Positions 1 through 10,520 of a stretch of 63,092 bases of DNA are shown in pieces (positions within the stretch are counted from its first letter, which is position 1; the number at the start of each line of letters is the position of its first letter). The DNA is from Clostridiales bacterium (GTDB lineage Bacteria; Bacillota; Clostridia; Peptostreptococcales; NVVX01), in NCBI GenBank assembly GCA_021129775.1, contig JAJOKP010000043.1:1-63092 (forward strand). Direction: 5' to 3'. The notes below the pieces were generated by a model. The model was not told where the DNA came from and searched no databases. It saw only the letters and a program-made list of their open reading frames with translations. A program made the translations under genes and the position numbers.

Positions 1-401
1 CCTTCTGTAGTTACTAAATTCCCTTGTTCATCTAATGCAAAATTACCTGCTCTAGTAAAAGACCTATTAAGAAAATTAGAATCATCTGTTACTATAAAAA
101 ATCCACTACCATTTATCATTAAATCTGTATTATAATCTGTTCTTTCAACAGCTCCTCTTATGTGAAATGTATCCATAGAAGCAACGCTAATCCCAAGTCC
201 TACTTGATGTGGATTAGTTCCACCTCTACCTTCTTGAGGTGATCCTGCTGCTCTTAGAGTTTGATTAAACACTTCTTGAAAAGTTACTCTTCCACCTTTA
301 AAACCTACTGTATTTACATTGGCAATATTATTACCAATAACGTCCATTCGAGTTTGGTGAGCACGAAGTCCTGATACAGCAGAAAACATAGATCTCATCA
401 T
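1..401 (-). CDS. flgE: Flagellar hook protein FlgE/FlgG family, 5' part (runs off window)
   Basis: Reads MMRSMFSAVSGLRAHQTRMDVIGNNIANVNTVGFK...; RBS AGGAGGT at 411-417; follows flgD/TIGR02530. Confidence 0.9.
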   Translation of the reverse strand, partial: MMRSMFSAVSGLRAHQTRMDVIGNNIANVNTVGFKGGRVTFQEVFNQTLRAAGSPQEGRGGTNPHQVGLGISVASMDTFHIRGAVERTDYNTDLMINGSGFFIVTDDSNFLNRSFTRAGNFALDEQGNLVTTE

Positions 402-428
402 TTTATAACAACCTCCTATTTTTTTGTT

Positions 429-494
429 CCATTTCGTCAGTCAGTCAGAAATGGTAAGCCTCCATATCGAGTTCTCGATAATAGTTGGTCCGGC
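429..494 (-). ncRNA. Putative structured cis-RNA between TIGR02530 gene and flgE
   Basis: GCC-GGA-CCA...TGG-A-GGC stem enclosing TATCGAG-AA-CTCGATA hairpin, then CCATTTC-(TGAC)3-GAAATGG hairpin just 5' of the flgE RBS. Confidence 0.45.
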
Positions 495-869
495 TTAAAT
501 TATTACTGCTCCATCAATGTTTGTAAATGTACTTTCTTTTAGCTTTCCTTCAACAGTTGCAGTAATAATAGTTCTGTTTCTAACACTTGCAACAAATATT
601 TTGTTGTCCATCATTATTAGTGCCTCTTTTATTCCTTTATTTCCTGCAATATTTAATGCATTTGATATTCGTCCTTTTTCATCTGTCGAAAGTGAAATAT
701 CTCTTTGTTCTAACCTATTCATGGCATGTTTTGAAAATTTAACTTCGTTGGTTCTCTTTATTTGATCATTAAGAATGTTACTAAAATCACCATTACTTCT
801 TTTTTTCTGAATAGTGTTAGTCTTAATTTGCTTTATGGAGTTTGGCTGTATTTTTATATTGTTATACAT
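495..869 (-). CDS. Flagellar operon protein, TIGR02530 (flg_new) family
   Basis: KFSKHAMNRLEQR...RTIITA...FTNIDGAVII motifs; position between flgD and flgE. Confidence 0.85.
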   Translation of the reverse strand: MYNNIKIQPNSIKQIKTNTIQKKRSNGDFSNILNDQIKRTNEVKFSKHAMNRLEQRDISLSTDEKGRISNALNIAGNKGIKEALIMMDNKIFVASVRNRTIITATVEGKLKESTFTNIDGAVII

Positions 870-906
870 ACATGCACCTCCTTAAATATTTGCATCCATA
901 TAGTTA

Positions 907-1263
907 TTACCTGTTGTTGTAGCTGTTAAGAATTTGTTCTACTGTGGTATTTAGTAAAGTTATCTTATCTACGATATTCGTTTGACTAAGTACCATATTA
1001 TTGTTCATATGATGTATTTGCTCCATCACTTCATCTTTAAATGAATCCATACCACTGTTTAAATTCTGCATCTGCTCAAGAGACGAAAATTGCGCCATTT
1101 GAGCAATAAATTCTCTGTCTTCCATTGGGTTTAATGGGTCTTGATTTCTCATTTGAGCAACTAGCAATTCTAAAAACATATCTTTATCCATATTCGATGC
1201 AAAATCATTCTTTTTTTCTACATAATGCTCTCTGTATTGTCCTTGTAATTCTGAAACGTTCAT
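907..1263 (-). CDS. flgD: Flagellar hook capping protein FlgD
   Basis: [18 protein letters not shown]...[14 protein letters not shown] motif. Confidence 0.95.
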   Translation of the reverse strand: MNVSELQGQYREHYVEKKNDFASNMDKDMFLELLVAQMRNQDPLNPMEDREFIAQMAQFSSLEQMQNLNSGMDSFKDEVMEQIHHMNNNMVLSQTNIVDKITLLNTTVEQILNSYNNR

Positions 1264-1277
1264 ATTTACCTCCTTTA

Positions 1278-2723
1278 CTATGCTAACATTTCAAACTGAG
1301 TTGTTTTAATGTAAGGGTTGTTATTAGTCATATTGTCACCATACATTGTAGTTTGCTGTGTAGCATTTGCCTGTAATTTCCCTTCGTTTTGTTTATTGTT
1401 TTGACTATAAGCAGAATGTTTAAATCTATTAAGTTGTTCTTGATACTGTCCTACTGAAACATTAAGACTTTCTACACCAAGACCTTTTTCTATTAGGATG
1501 GTTCTTAGTTGTTCAAGGTTGTTCTCTAACATTTCTTTCACTTGATAGTTTTCGGCATATAATGTGGCATTGACTAAGCCTTTTTCTACAGTAATATTAA
1601 CAGCTACGTTTCCTAATCTTTCAGGTGCAAGCTTAATCAATATTTCATTCTTATTGCTTGCAATGTTAACATGAATTTTTTCAATTACTTGGTTAAAAGC
1701 TTTTTTCATTTCTAGCGTTGATGATTTTTCTTGAACATCGAAATCAACTTTTGAGAAAACATTAGGTTTATTCCTTAAAATAGCTGCGCTATTTTGGGTT
1801 GTTTCCTCTTGACTAATATCATTAAATCTTGGAGTATTCTCTTTTTCTGTATTTGCGCTAACACTATTTTTATCTTTGGTCACGCTAATTTCGATCTTGT
1901 CATCATTATCACCATTCTCCAAAGTCTTTGCCATTTCGTTAATCTCGTGTGTTTCGGAGGTTTCTACAACTTCAGCTTTGAGTGCGCTAGTATTATTAAA
2001 TGACTTGTTAAATTTTTGAATGAAAACATCCAACTCTTCAATAATTTGATTAAATGCCTCTAATTCATTTTTGATGTCGCCACTGAAAACAGCTTTATTC
2101 TCAATTGAAGTGATTTGCTTCTGGATGCTATCCAATACTAGTTTAATCATTTCTTTTAACTGTTTACTTACTGCTTCATCAGTTTCGTTATTCACTCCAA
2201 CCTCACCTAATAGAAGTTCCATCTCAGTTAAAATCTCTTTAATTTTCGCAGGTTCTACATCTAAGCCTAGCATTTCTTCTAATTGTGTTATTATGGTTTG
2301 CAAGTTAGCTACAGTTTGTTGATTTGCACAAATATTAACTTCCTGACAGTTTTCAACATTAGCGTCTTTTGTTTTTTCTGTTTCGTTTGTGTCTTTAGTT
2401 TCTTTTGTGTCTTCTATTTCTTTTGTCTCTTTAGTTTCTTTTACCTCCTGCCCCTCTTCAGAAACACTTTCCGACAAAGCCGTCTGATGATTTTCATCAA
2501 TTTCATTTCTTTTAGATTGTTCACCTGCTGTTTCATTCTGAGCAATGCATCTACTTAAATTCTCTTCTTTTCTGTCTTTGCTCACCTTATAAATCTCTTG
2601 AACTTCTTTCTGCTGTTGTCTAAAGCTACTTGAAAAATCGTTAGTGATATCAAAACCACTCTTACTATTAGGCTTTCTAGCTGCCATTAGGTCTAATGTA
2701 TTCATTTGAATCTGCATATTCAT
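1278..2723 (-). CDS. fliK: Flagellar hook-length control protein FliK
   Basis: Low-complexity N-terminus; C-terminal [13 protein letters not shown]...LENNLEQLR...L domain; context. Confidence 0.85.
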   Translation of the reverse strand: MNMQIQMNTLDLMAARKPNSKSGFDITNDFSSSFRQQQKEVQEIYKVSKDRKEENLSRCIAQNETAGEQSKRNEIDENHQTALSESVSEEGQEVKETKETKEIEDTKETKDTNETEKTKDANVENCQEVNICANQQTVANLQTIITQLEEMLGLDVEPAKIKEILTEMELLLGEVGVNNETDEAVSKQLKEMIKLVLDSIQKQITSIENKAVFSGDIKNELEAFNQIIEELDVFIQKFNKSFNNTSALKAEVVETSETHEINEMAKTLENGDNDDKIEISVTKDKNSVSANTEKENTPRFNDISQEETTQNSAAILRNKPNVFSKVDFDVQEKSSTLEMKKAFNQVIEKIHVNIASNKNEILIKLAPERLGNVAVNITVEKGLVNATLYAENYQVKEMLENNLEQLRTILIEKGLGVESLNVSVGQYQEQLNRFKHSAYSQNNKQNEGKLQANATQQTTMYGDNMTNNNPYIKTTQFEMLA

Positions 2724-2766
2724 TCCACCCCCTTTCCTCTTTTTTTGTAAAATCTATTAGAGCCTG

Positions 2767-4014
2767 CTAGGGCTTAATAATTAATTTCTGAGACAGTTCT
2801 ACTGCTTCTCTAGTGTCTAGCTCTCCTAGAATACTAGCTATCAAATTATGTTTAAAATTATTTAAAATATCTATTACTAGCTGTTCTTCGGTAAAGCTAA
2901 CTCTTTCACCATTTGGCAATTCAACTTGCTTAAATATTTGATTGCGTCTTAACATTCGACTCATTAAATCAGCTACTTCTGCGACTTCCATCTCCTCATA
3001 AATTTGAGAAAGTTCATTTAATCTAATTTCAAAATTCCTAAATGCATCAATTGCTGGTACAAGGCTTTTAGAAAAGCTTTTGCTTTCCTCATCACGCAAA
3101 CTATTTAAAATCTCTCTTTCATTTATCGCTTCCACTAAAGAAAGAATAAACTCGTTATCAGCAGCATGAACGAGTATTTCAGCAGCATCTTTAACGCCCA
3201 TTTGCAAAAAAATTACCGCTAATTCATTTATATTATACTTTTCTATGTTTGTTAAATCATTTACTGCCTCACTAATACTTCCCTTAGCATAAATATCGGC
3301 TATTTCTTGCAAATTCTTATACTTCTTGTCGATACTTGCAATAATTTTCTCAAATTCATTTCTATTAGTTGATGGTAAGTTTCGCATTATGTTAAAAGTA
3401 GTTTTATCATCTAAGTAGATCAAATACTTTGCCGCAACCTGTGAATCTAATGTTCTAAAAAATAAATCCAATTGTTCGTTAGTTAATTTTCCTCCAACAA
3501 CCATTTTTTCTATCTCTGCTACTGCTGCACTAATTGGTAAAGATGTAATATGTTTGATAATTTCGTCGACATACGCTATTTCTTCATTATGAATTTCTTT
3601 CAAAGTCCGCTGTAAAATATTGCCTTCAAGCACTCTGCTTCTTAAAATTTCATTTACTTCCTGCATTTTGCGAGAATTCATTCCATTCATTATCACTAAT
3701 AAATCATTAAATAATTGTTGATCTTCTTTCCTAATAATAGTCAATTTATCTACAATTCTATCAATATCCATTAAAACATAATGCTTAGCAATCTGAAGCT
3801 TGATTTTCTCTTTCTCTTCTCTAGTTGGTAAATTAGCAAAATATCTTCCTACCCCCAAAGGAAACTCTGACATGAATTCGTTGGTTAAGTATTGAAATTC
3901 TTCACTTATAAAATATGTAAATGTAAGTGCAGCTAATGGAGCACCCAAGATAATAACTAAAATTAGCAATATGGCTATAAAGACATTTGTTTTTTTCTTC
4001 TCTTTGTTAGGCAT
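2767..4014 (-). CDS. Membrane-anchored flagellar protein (YlxF/FlbB, MgtE-N-like helical repeats)
   Basis: N-terminal TM helix; IYEEMEVAEVADLM / AAEIL-type repeats; position between fliJ and fliK. Confidence 0.55.
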   Translation of the reverse strand: MPNKEKKKTNVFIAILLILVIILGAPLAALTFTYFISEEFQYLTNEFMSEFPLGVGRYFANLPTREEKEKIKLQIAKHYVLMDIDRIVDKLTIIRKEDQQLFNDLLVIMNGMNSRKMQEVNEILRSRVLEGNILQRTLKEIHNEEIAYVDEIIKHITSLPISAAVAEIEKMVVGGKLTNEQLDLFFRTLDSQVAAKYLIYLDDKTTFNIMRNLPSTNRNEFEKIIASIDKKYKNLQEIADIYAKGSISEAVNDLTNIEKYNINELAVIFLQMGVKDAAEILVHAADNEFILSLVEAINEREILNSLRDEESKSFSKSLVPAIDAFRNFEIRLNELSQIYEEMEVAEVADLMSRMLRRNQIFKQVELPNGERVSFTEEQLVIDILNNFKHNLIASILGELDTREAVELSQKLIIKP

Positions 4015-4023
4015 TTTCCTGTC

Positions 4024-4476
4024 CTATCCTTTGTTATTATTTGCAGTTTTAAAAGTTACAATTTGGTCAACTAACATTTCCTCAGCTTTTAGATAGTCGT
4101 ACTTAAAACTGTCATAATCTTTTTCTTTAAGCTTCTCAAAAATTTTTCTCTGTTTTTTTGCTTCAACTAATAGTTTTATTTCTTGATTAACACGTTCTTC
4201 AGATTTTTTAACTAATATATTTTGATTCTCAATTTTCATCTTAATATGTTCAAATTCGTCAGCGAAACGCCTTAGGTCTTTAATTTTAAGTCTTTTCTTA
4301 GTTTCTTCTCTCCACTTGATAACTATTTTTCCCTTGTTTTTTTCCATGTTTTCAAGTGAATCAGTCTCTTTTTTATGTTTCTTTGTAGCAAAACCCACGT
4401 CATACTTCTTTATATCTTCTTCCTTTTCTTTTACGTTTAAAACTGTTTGAAATCTAAATGTAAATTTCTTGTTCAA
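4024..4476 (-). CDS. fliJ: Flagellar export protein FliJ
   Basis: KFTFRFQTVLNVKE...FEKLKEK...EE..DQI; TTG start after GGAGGG RBS. Confidence 0.9.
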   Translation of the reverse strand: MNKKFTFRFQTVLNVKEKEEDIKKYDVGFATKKHKKETDSLENMEKNKGKIVIKWREETKKRLKIKDLRRFADEFEHIKMKIENQNILVKKSEERVNQEIKLLVEAKKQRKIFEKLKEKDYDSFKYDYLKAEEMLVDQIVTFKTANNNKG

Positions 4477-4535
4477 TGCTCCACCCTCCATTCAAAGCTG
4501 TGTAGACTATATACATTGTTATTCTTTTAAAATTT

Positions 4536-5921
4536 TCACTCATTTATCAGATTTTTCATAATCTCGACTGTTTCATTATATGAATATTTCTCATCGTTAC
4601 CCTGCTTTAATAATTCATTAATCGCATCAATTTTCTCAATTGCATAATCTATTTTAATATTTGACCCTTTTGAATAAGCGCCAATATTTATTAAATCCTC
4701 TGCTTCCTTATATTCGGCAATAACTTCCTTGATCTTATTTGCATTACTCACATGGTCTTTACTTGTAATATTTGGCATTATTCTACTAATGCTTGCTAAA
4801 ATATCTATAGCTGGATAATGATTTTTGTTTGCAAGTTTTCTTGATAATACAATATGTCCATCTAATATCCCTCTAACTGCATCTGCAATTGGATCGTTCA
4901 TGTCGTCCGCATCAATAAGAACTGTATATAATCCAGTTATTGATCCTTTGTCTGATCTACCTGAGCGTTCTAACAATTTAGGCAAAACCGCAAAAACCGA
5001 CGGAGTATATCCCCTTGTCACAGGTGGCTCACCTATTGCTAGTCCAATTTCTCTTAATGCCATAGAAAACCTCGTTAGTGAATCCATTAGCAGAAGTACA
5101 TTTTTACCTTGGTCTCTAAAATATTCTGCAATTGATGTTGCCAAAAGTGCTCCCTTCATGCGCACTAAAGCGGGTTGATCTGAAGTTGCAATAATTACAA
5201 CGGATTTTTTTAACCCTTCTTCTTTTAGCTCATTATCTAGAAACTCGTTAACTTCTCTACCTCTTTCACCAATCAATGCTATTACATTTACATCAGCTTG
5301 TGTATTTCTGGCTATTGCTCCTAAAAGAGTGCTTTTTCCAACTCCACTTCCTGAAAATATCCCAAGTCTTTGCCCATTCCCACATGTAAGTAGTCCATCA
5401 ATTGCTTTTATTCCAAGTGACAGTGGTTCTGATATTTTACTACGTTGCAAAGGATTAGGTGGTGCGGCATTCACTGGGTATGTTATAGTAGTAGATAAAT
5501 GACCTTTGTCATCTATTGTGTTCCCGAGTCCGTCCAATACTCTTCCTAGCAAACAATCTCCTACTTTGACTTGGAGTTGAAATCCCGTTGCTTCTACTTT
5601 GCTCCCAGGTCCGATACCTTCCATTTCTCCTAGTGGCATCAATAATACTCTTTTCTCTTTAAAACCGACTACCTCTGCTAATACAAATTGTTTTTGGTTG
5701 CTTGTTCTTTCATATTTCCTTTTCTCTTCAAAAGCAACTCCATCTGCTAATATAGTTTTCTTGCTTTTTAACGTATATACCATACATACTTCACCAATTT
5801 TAATTGCAGGTCCTATTGATTCAATAGTTAGTCCAATAATCTGCGAAACTCGTCCTGTATACTTTATTAACTCTAAATCATTCAGGGCATTTTTAAATGA
5901 ATCCAAAGATAAACGTTCCAT
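4536..5921 (-). CDS. fliI: Flagellum-specific ATPase FliI
   Basis: Walker A GSGVGKS, IGERGREV, MDSLTRF, GYTPSV. Confidence 0.97.
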   Translation of the reverse strand: MERLSLDSFKNALNDLELIKYTGRVSQIIGLTIESIGPAIKIGEVCMVYTLKSKKTILADGVAFEEKRKYERTSNQKQFVLAEVVGFKEKRVLLMPLGEMEGIGPGSKVEATGFQLQVKVGDCLLGRVLDGLGNTIDDKGHLSTTITYPVNAAPPNPLQRSKISEPLSLGIKAIDGLLTCGNGQRLGIFSGSGVGKSTLLGAIARNTQADVNVIALIGERGREVNEFLDNELKEEGLKKSVVIIATSDQPALVRMKGALLATSIAEYFRDQGKNVLLLMDSLTRFSMALREIGLAIGEPPVTRGYTPSVFAVLPKLLERSGRSDKGSITGLYTVLIDADDMNDPIADAVRGILDGHIVLSRKLANKNHYPAIDILASISRIMPNITSKDHVSNANKIKEVIAEYKEAEDLINIGAYSKGSNIKIDYAIEKIDAINELLKQGNDEKYSYNETVEIMKNLINE

Positions 5922-5925
5922 ATAA

Positions 5926-6711
5926 TCACTCGCTTCTTAGTAATTCATTAAATGTTTTTCTAATTATCTCAATTTGAGTTGTCATGCTTGAATCTACAGT
6001 CCCAGCTGGAGTTTCTATAACTACACTGCCTTGTGGCAAGGATTTGTCAACTTTAATGTCTAATTTTTCTACTCCTTCAGTCATTAAAAACACTTTGTTT
6101 TTGGAGGAACTTACATAGTCCAAATCATGTTCACTTACTCTAATAGTCAATGCTTGCGTAAAAGTGCAATGTTTTATGCCTTTTTCAACTAATTTTAGCA
6201 GCAGTTCGTTGTCTTCGTTCAATTCATGCATTAAAACTTTTTCAATCGTTTCTAATACCAACTGAATCAATTCACTCTTCAAGTTGTGAGCCATTTCCTT
6301 TTTTTCATCTTGCATTTTTTGCTTAATTACAATTGCTTCATTAATGTAATTTTCTACCTCTTCATAACCACGTGTTTCTCCTTCTTTAAACCCAATTCTG
6401 TAAGCTTCTTCTTTAGTCTTTTCGAAAATTAGGCTGCTTTCGTTATAAGATTCCTTTATAATTGCATCTGCTTCTTCGTTTGCCTTTCTTAAAATTTCTT
6501 GATACTGAATTTCTGCACTTGCAAATAAGTTTTCTGGCGTAATTTCAATTTCACTCTTCTCATCAACTGGGAAAAATTCATTTTCATTTTGAACATCTTC
6601 TCTATTTTCTACTTCAAGTAACATTTTCTCTTCATTTTCCGATTTAATATCAATCTCTATTTTACCATCCAAAATAACATTAGTAGCTTTAAGAATTTTA
6701 AAATCAGACAA
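5926..6711 (-). CDS. fliH: Flagellar assembly protein FliH
   Basis: GxxxG repeats (GFKEGETRGYEE); C-terminal GSVVIETPAGTVDS; context. Confidence 0.88.
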   Translation of the reverse strand: MSDFKILKATNVILDGKIEIDIKSENEEKMLLEVENREDVQNENEFFPVDEKSEIEITPENLFASAEIQYQEILRKANEEADAIIKESYNESSLIFEKTKEEAYRIGFKEGETRGYEEVENYINEAIVIKQKMQDEKKEMAHNLKSELIQLVLETIEKVLMHELNEDNELLLKLVEKGIKHCTFTQALTIRVSEHDLDYVSSSKNKVFLMTEGVEKLDIKVDKSLPQGSVVIETPAGTVDSSMTTQIEIIRKTFNELLRSE

Positions 6712-7723
6712 TAATTTCATCTCCCCCGCCACGTGCAATTATTATTTCGCCTGTTTCTTCAAGTGCTCTAATTGTATTTACAATTTTTTGTTGCGCATTT
6801 TCTACATCACTCAATCTTATTGGTCCCATAAACTCCATATCTTCTTTAATCATTTCAGCCATTCGCTTAGACATATTAGAATAAATAATGTCTGCCACTT
6901 CATCTGTAGCACCTTTAAGTGCAATTGCCATTTCTTTATTGTCAATCTCTCTAATAAATCTTTGAATCGACGTACTATCAAGGCTAATAATATCTTCAAA
7001 TACAAACATTTTCTTTCTAATTTCTTCAGCGAGCTCAGCATCTTCGGTATCAAGTGTATCCATAATATTCTTTTCAGTCCCTCGATCTACAGAATTAAGT
7101 ATTCCAACAATAGAATCTAATCCACCCGCTGCTGCAAAGTCTTGACTTGCAACAGACGAAAGTTTTTTCTCTAAAATCGACTCCACTTCTCTTATTATTT
7201 CTGGAGAAGTGCGATCCATAGTTGCAATTCGTTTCGCTACTTCCGCTTGTTTCGCTTGTGGTAATTCAGATAAAATTTTCCCTGACTGTTCTGGCGGCAA
7301 ATAGGCCAAAATTAAGGAAATCGTCTGTGGATGTTCATTTTGTATAAAACTCAACAAATGAGCTGGTTCTGCTTTTCTAGCAAAATCAAAGGGTTTAACT
7401 TGTAAAGAAGCAGTAAGCTTTGTAATGATGTCGACTGCTCTTTGCGAGCCTAGCGCTTTCTCAAGAATTTCTTTGGCATAATTAATACCACCTTCAGAAA
7501 TGTACTCTTGCGCAATACATATCTCATAAAATTCAGCCAATACTTTTTCTTTTTCTTCAGGTGAAACTTTTCTCATGTTAGCAATCTCAAGTGTTAATTC
7601 TTCAATTTCTTCATCATTCAAATGCTTAAATATCTCAGCAGAAGAAGCAGGTCCTAGGCTAATTAACAATATAGCTGCCTTTTCTCTTCCTGTAATTTCA
7701 CCTTTTGCAGTCTTTTTAACCAA
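6704..7723 (-). CDS. fliG: Flagellar motor switch protein FliG
   Basis: KAAILLISLG, EHPQTI, MFVFEDI, GPIRLSDVE motifs. Confidence 0.98.
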   Translation of the reverse strand: MVKKTAKGEITGREKAAILLISLGPASSAEIFKHLNDEEIEELTLEIANMRKVSPEEKEKVLAEFYEICIAQEYISEGGINYAKEILEKALGSQRAVDIITKLTASLQVKPFDFARKAEPAHLLSFIQNEHPQTISLILAYLPPEQSGKILSELPQAKQAEVAKRIATMDRTSPEIIREVESILEKKLSSVASQDFAAAGGLDSIVGILNSVDRGTEKNIMDTLDTEDAELAEEIRKKMFVFEDIISLDSTSIQRFIREIDNKEMAIALKGATDEVADIIYSNMSKRMAEMIKEDMEFMGPIRLSDVENAQQKIVNTIRALEETGEIIIARGGGDEIIV

Positions 7724-7736
7724 AATACCGCCTCCC

Positions 7737-9281
7737 TTATTCCTCGCTTAACCAATTTTTTAATAATTGTGCTGCCATTTCGGGTTGCTTACTAATCATT
7801 TTTTCAATTTGCTTTTTCGATCGAGAACCTGATAAATCCAAGTTTAGTTCGTCATATTCTTCTACGGTTACTGCAGTCGAAAGCGCAGCATCGTCAGCTA
7901 TAGGAACTTTTTTTCTGGATTTTATGATAATAAAGAATGCAAAACCTAAAATAATCGAGCCAATAATTACCATTGCCCAAATTGGAAACCCATCTGCTAC
8001 TGTTCTATCATCGAGCATTCTAGCAAATTGCGTAGCCAACGTTGTGTCAAATTGTCTTACTCCTATCTGAACAACTGTAGTATCTAAACCAGCGGCAGCT
8101 GAGATAATGCTTACTAAATCTCTATTTTCCTCAGCTGTAAATTCGCCTCCAATAACAGCAGCTTCATTAATATATACTGCTACAGAAATATCTTTTACTT
8201 GTCCTCTAGAGCCTACAATTTTTCTTCGTAGTTCGTTTATTTCGTAATTAATGGTCTTGCTTGCTTCGCTATATCTAGCAGTATCTTGCTCGCCCTCTAC
8301 GTATTGTGTAGCCCCATCAATGTTTGAATCAGTGCCAGGGACTCCGCCTAAACCATCTTCGACTACTTTTTTTTGAAATTCTTGCATACTTCTAACAATT
8401 CCTCCAGTTTCCCCTTCGATAGGAGGAGAAAACTCAGTAATTTCAGTGACTTCACTATCAAAGTCAAGTCTTACATTTGACATTACAACAACATTGCCAA
8501 ATCCAAAAACAGTCGATAAAAACTCAGTTAGGGTTTCATCTAGTTCTGCTTCCACTGTTTTTTGTAAATTCATTTGATCATTTTGCGTGTATGCGCTACT
8601 ATCACCTCTGTTATTATTTAATACTCGTCCATCACTTCCATGAATTGTTACATTTTCAGGTTTTAGTCCTTGCACTGCGTTCGCAACAAGAATAGCAATT
8701 CCGTTAATACTTTTTTCCTCTAAAGTAGCACCCATTTCAAAATATAGAAAAACTGAAGCTTTTGCTTCTCTAATTTCATCTTGAAAAACAAAAGCTGAAG
8801 TATCATGCACTGCTAAATTAACGACTGCTTTTCTAATTCCATTGATTTCTTCTATAGTGCTAGCTAAAAAATTTTGTTGTGCTACAATAAATCTTTGCGC
8901 CCTCTCTTCGCTAGTCATCATAAAGGTGTTCCCAGCAAAAGCATTATCAAACGTAAAACGTGCGGTTGGTAATCCTTCGGTAGCTACAATAACTTGTGCT
9001 CTCATTTCGTCTTGTTTTGCAACTTTTACAATCCCACTCGCATCACCGAATTTTGCGTCCAAATTGTTATCTTGTAAAACTCGCATCACTTCTCCAGCTT
9101 CTCTAGGGCTTAGATTGTTATACAAAACAACATATTCCACTCTAGTAACATATAAGATTCCAACCGTAAGTACTGTCAAAATAAGTACAGAAATAACAAT
9201 CATTTGAATTTTTCTATTCTTATCTAAAGTTTGTAAATAGTCGTTTAATTGATTCCTCATTGTGTCTAACGAATCAACCAT
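7737..9281 (-). CDS. fliF: Flagellar M-ring protein FliF
   Basis: Two TM segments, AKASV / LVANAVQGLKPENVTI, GGVPGTDSN, C-terminal AQLLKNWL. Confidence 0.95.
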   Translation of the reverse strand: MVDSLDTMRNQLNDYLQTLDKNRKIQMIVISVLILTVLTVGILYVTRVEYVVLYNNLSPREAGEVMRVLQDNNLDAKFGDASGIVKVAKQDEMRAQVIVATEGLPTARFTFDNAFAGNTFMMTSEERAQRFIVAQQNFLASTIEEINGIRKAVVNLAVHDTSAFVFQDEIREAKASVFLYFEMGATLEEKSINGIAILVANAVQGLKPENVTIHGSDGRVLNNNRGDSSAYTQNDQMNLQKTVEAELDETLTEFLSTVFGFGNVVVMSNVRLDFDSEVTEITEFSPPIEGETGGIVRSMQEFQKKVVEDGLGGVPGTDSNIDGATQYVEGEQDTARYSEASKTINYEINELRRKIVGSRGQVKDISVAVYINEAAVIGGEFTAEENRDLVSIISAAAGLDTTVVQIGVRQFDTTLATQFARMLDDRTVADGFPIWAMVIIGSIILGFAFFIIIKSRKKVPIADDAALSTAVTVEEYDELNLDLSGSRSKKQIEKMISKQPEMAAQLLKNWLSEE

Positions 9282-9303
9282 AAGCGCACCTCATCTCTAT
9301 GTA

Positions 9304-9609
9304 CTAAATCTGCATCCTAGAAATTTCTCTATACGCATCTAGAACTTTGTTTCTTACCTGCAGAACCAATTGCATAGCGATTTCTGCTTTTTGTGTATTA
9401 ATCATTATCTCGTGAATATTATTTAGCTGTCCAGTAGCTAAATCTTCAGCTAAAACTTCTCCCTTTTTTTCCAATAAATTTGCATTGCTAATGGCGTCAG
9501 CAAATAATTCACTAAACGTTGACCCACTCTTCAGTTTTTTGTCTTCAAATAGTCCTAAGTTTTTATTTTTGCCTATTTCAAAAACGTTATTTAGTTCTTG
9601 TATTTTCAT
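9304..9609 (-). CDS. fliE: Hook-basal body protein FliE
   Basis: IHEIMINTQKAEIAMQLVLQVRNKVLDAYREISRMQI. Confidence 0.95.
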   Translation of the reverse strand: MKIQELNNVFEIGKNKNLGLFEDKKLKSGSTFSELFADAISNANLLEKKGEVLAEDLATGQLNNIHEIMINTQKAEIAMQLVLQVRNKVLDAYREISRMQI

Positions 9610-9622
9610 TTAAATACCTCCA

Positions 9623-10066
9623 TTACCTTCCAATTTCTAGTGCTTTCATTGCCATTCCTTTTGCAGAATTTAGTGCTGTAACATTAGCTTCGTATGCCCG
9701 CGAAGCAGAAATCATGTTAGCCATTTCAGTAACAATATCTACGTTAGGCATCAGTACATAGCCTTTCTCGTCAGCATCTGGGTGCCCTGGATTATGAATT
9801 TTTTTAAGTGGTGAATTATCTTCTTTTATCCCTACCACTTCCACTCCAGTAAATCTAAGATTTTTTTTTGTTGCACTATTCAAATATGCAGAAAAAGGTC
9901 TGTTATCATTTTTTGTCTTGAAAACTACTACTTGTCTTCTATAAGGGGTACCACTTGGAGTTCTTGTTGTATTAGCATTTGCAATATTCTTAGAAATTAC
10001 ATCCATCCGCAAACGTTCTGCTGTTAGCCCTGTAGCACTTACATTAATGGAATTAAAAAGACTCAT
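9623..10066 (-). CDS. flgC: Basal-body rod protein FlgC
   Basis: NIANANTT, PGHPDAD..GYVLMPNV, ASRAYEAN. Confidence 0.97.
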   Translation of the reverse strand: MSLFNSINVSATGLTAERLRMDVISKNIANANTTRTPSGTPYRRQVVVFKTKNDNRPFSAYLNSATKKNLRFTGVEVVGIKEDNSPLKKIHNPGHPDADEKGYVLMPNVDIVTEMANMISASRAYEANVTALNSAKGMAMKALEIGR

Positions 10067-10069
10067 TTG

Positions 10070-10468
10070 CTACCTTCCTCCTTCTACAATTACTGTTCTT
10101 AATCTTCGTAAATCAGCATTCATTTTTGCAATAGTAGTGTTATAAGTAATGCTGTTTTTGGCCATTTCTGCCATTTCTACATCAATTTCAACATTGTTTC
10201 CATCTTCTCTAGTACTATAATCATCATGTCTCACTATTTCATATCTGACATTCTCTAATGACTTGCTTCCTATAGGGATATGTCTTCTGTGAGTTATGTT
10301 GCCACTTAATTTCGTGCTATCCAAATAGCTCTGTAATAGTTCTTCGAATTTTAAGCTAGATTTCTTAAAATTAGGAGTGTTTACATTTGCAATGTTATTA
10401 GCAATTACTTCATTTCTTTTCCACGAAGCATTCGCGACTTTTGTTAATAAATTAATATTATTAAACAT
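10070..10468 (-). CDS. flgB: Basal-body rod protein FlgB
   Basis: IANNIANVNTPNFK, REDGNNVEIDVEMA. Confidence 0.97.
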   Translation of the reverse strand: MFNNINLLTKVANASWKRNEVIANNIANVNTPNFKKSSLKFEELLQSYLDSTKLSGNITHRRHIPIGSKSLENVRYEIVRHDDYSTREDGNNVEIDVEMAEMAKNSITYNTTIAKMNADLRRLRTVIVEGGR

Positions 10469-10520
10469 TCAAATCCTCCTTTATACGATAATCGCTCAGT
10501 GTTAAAATGCGTTAATATAT

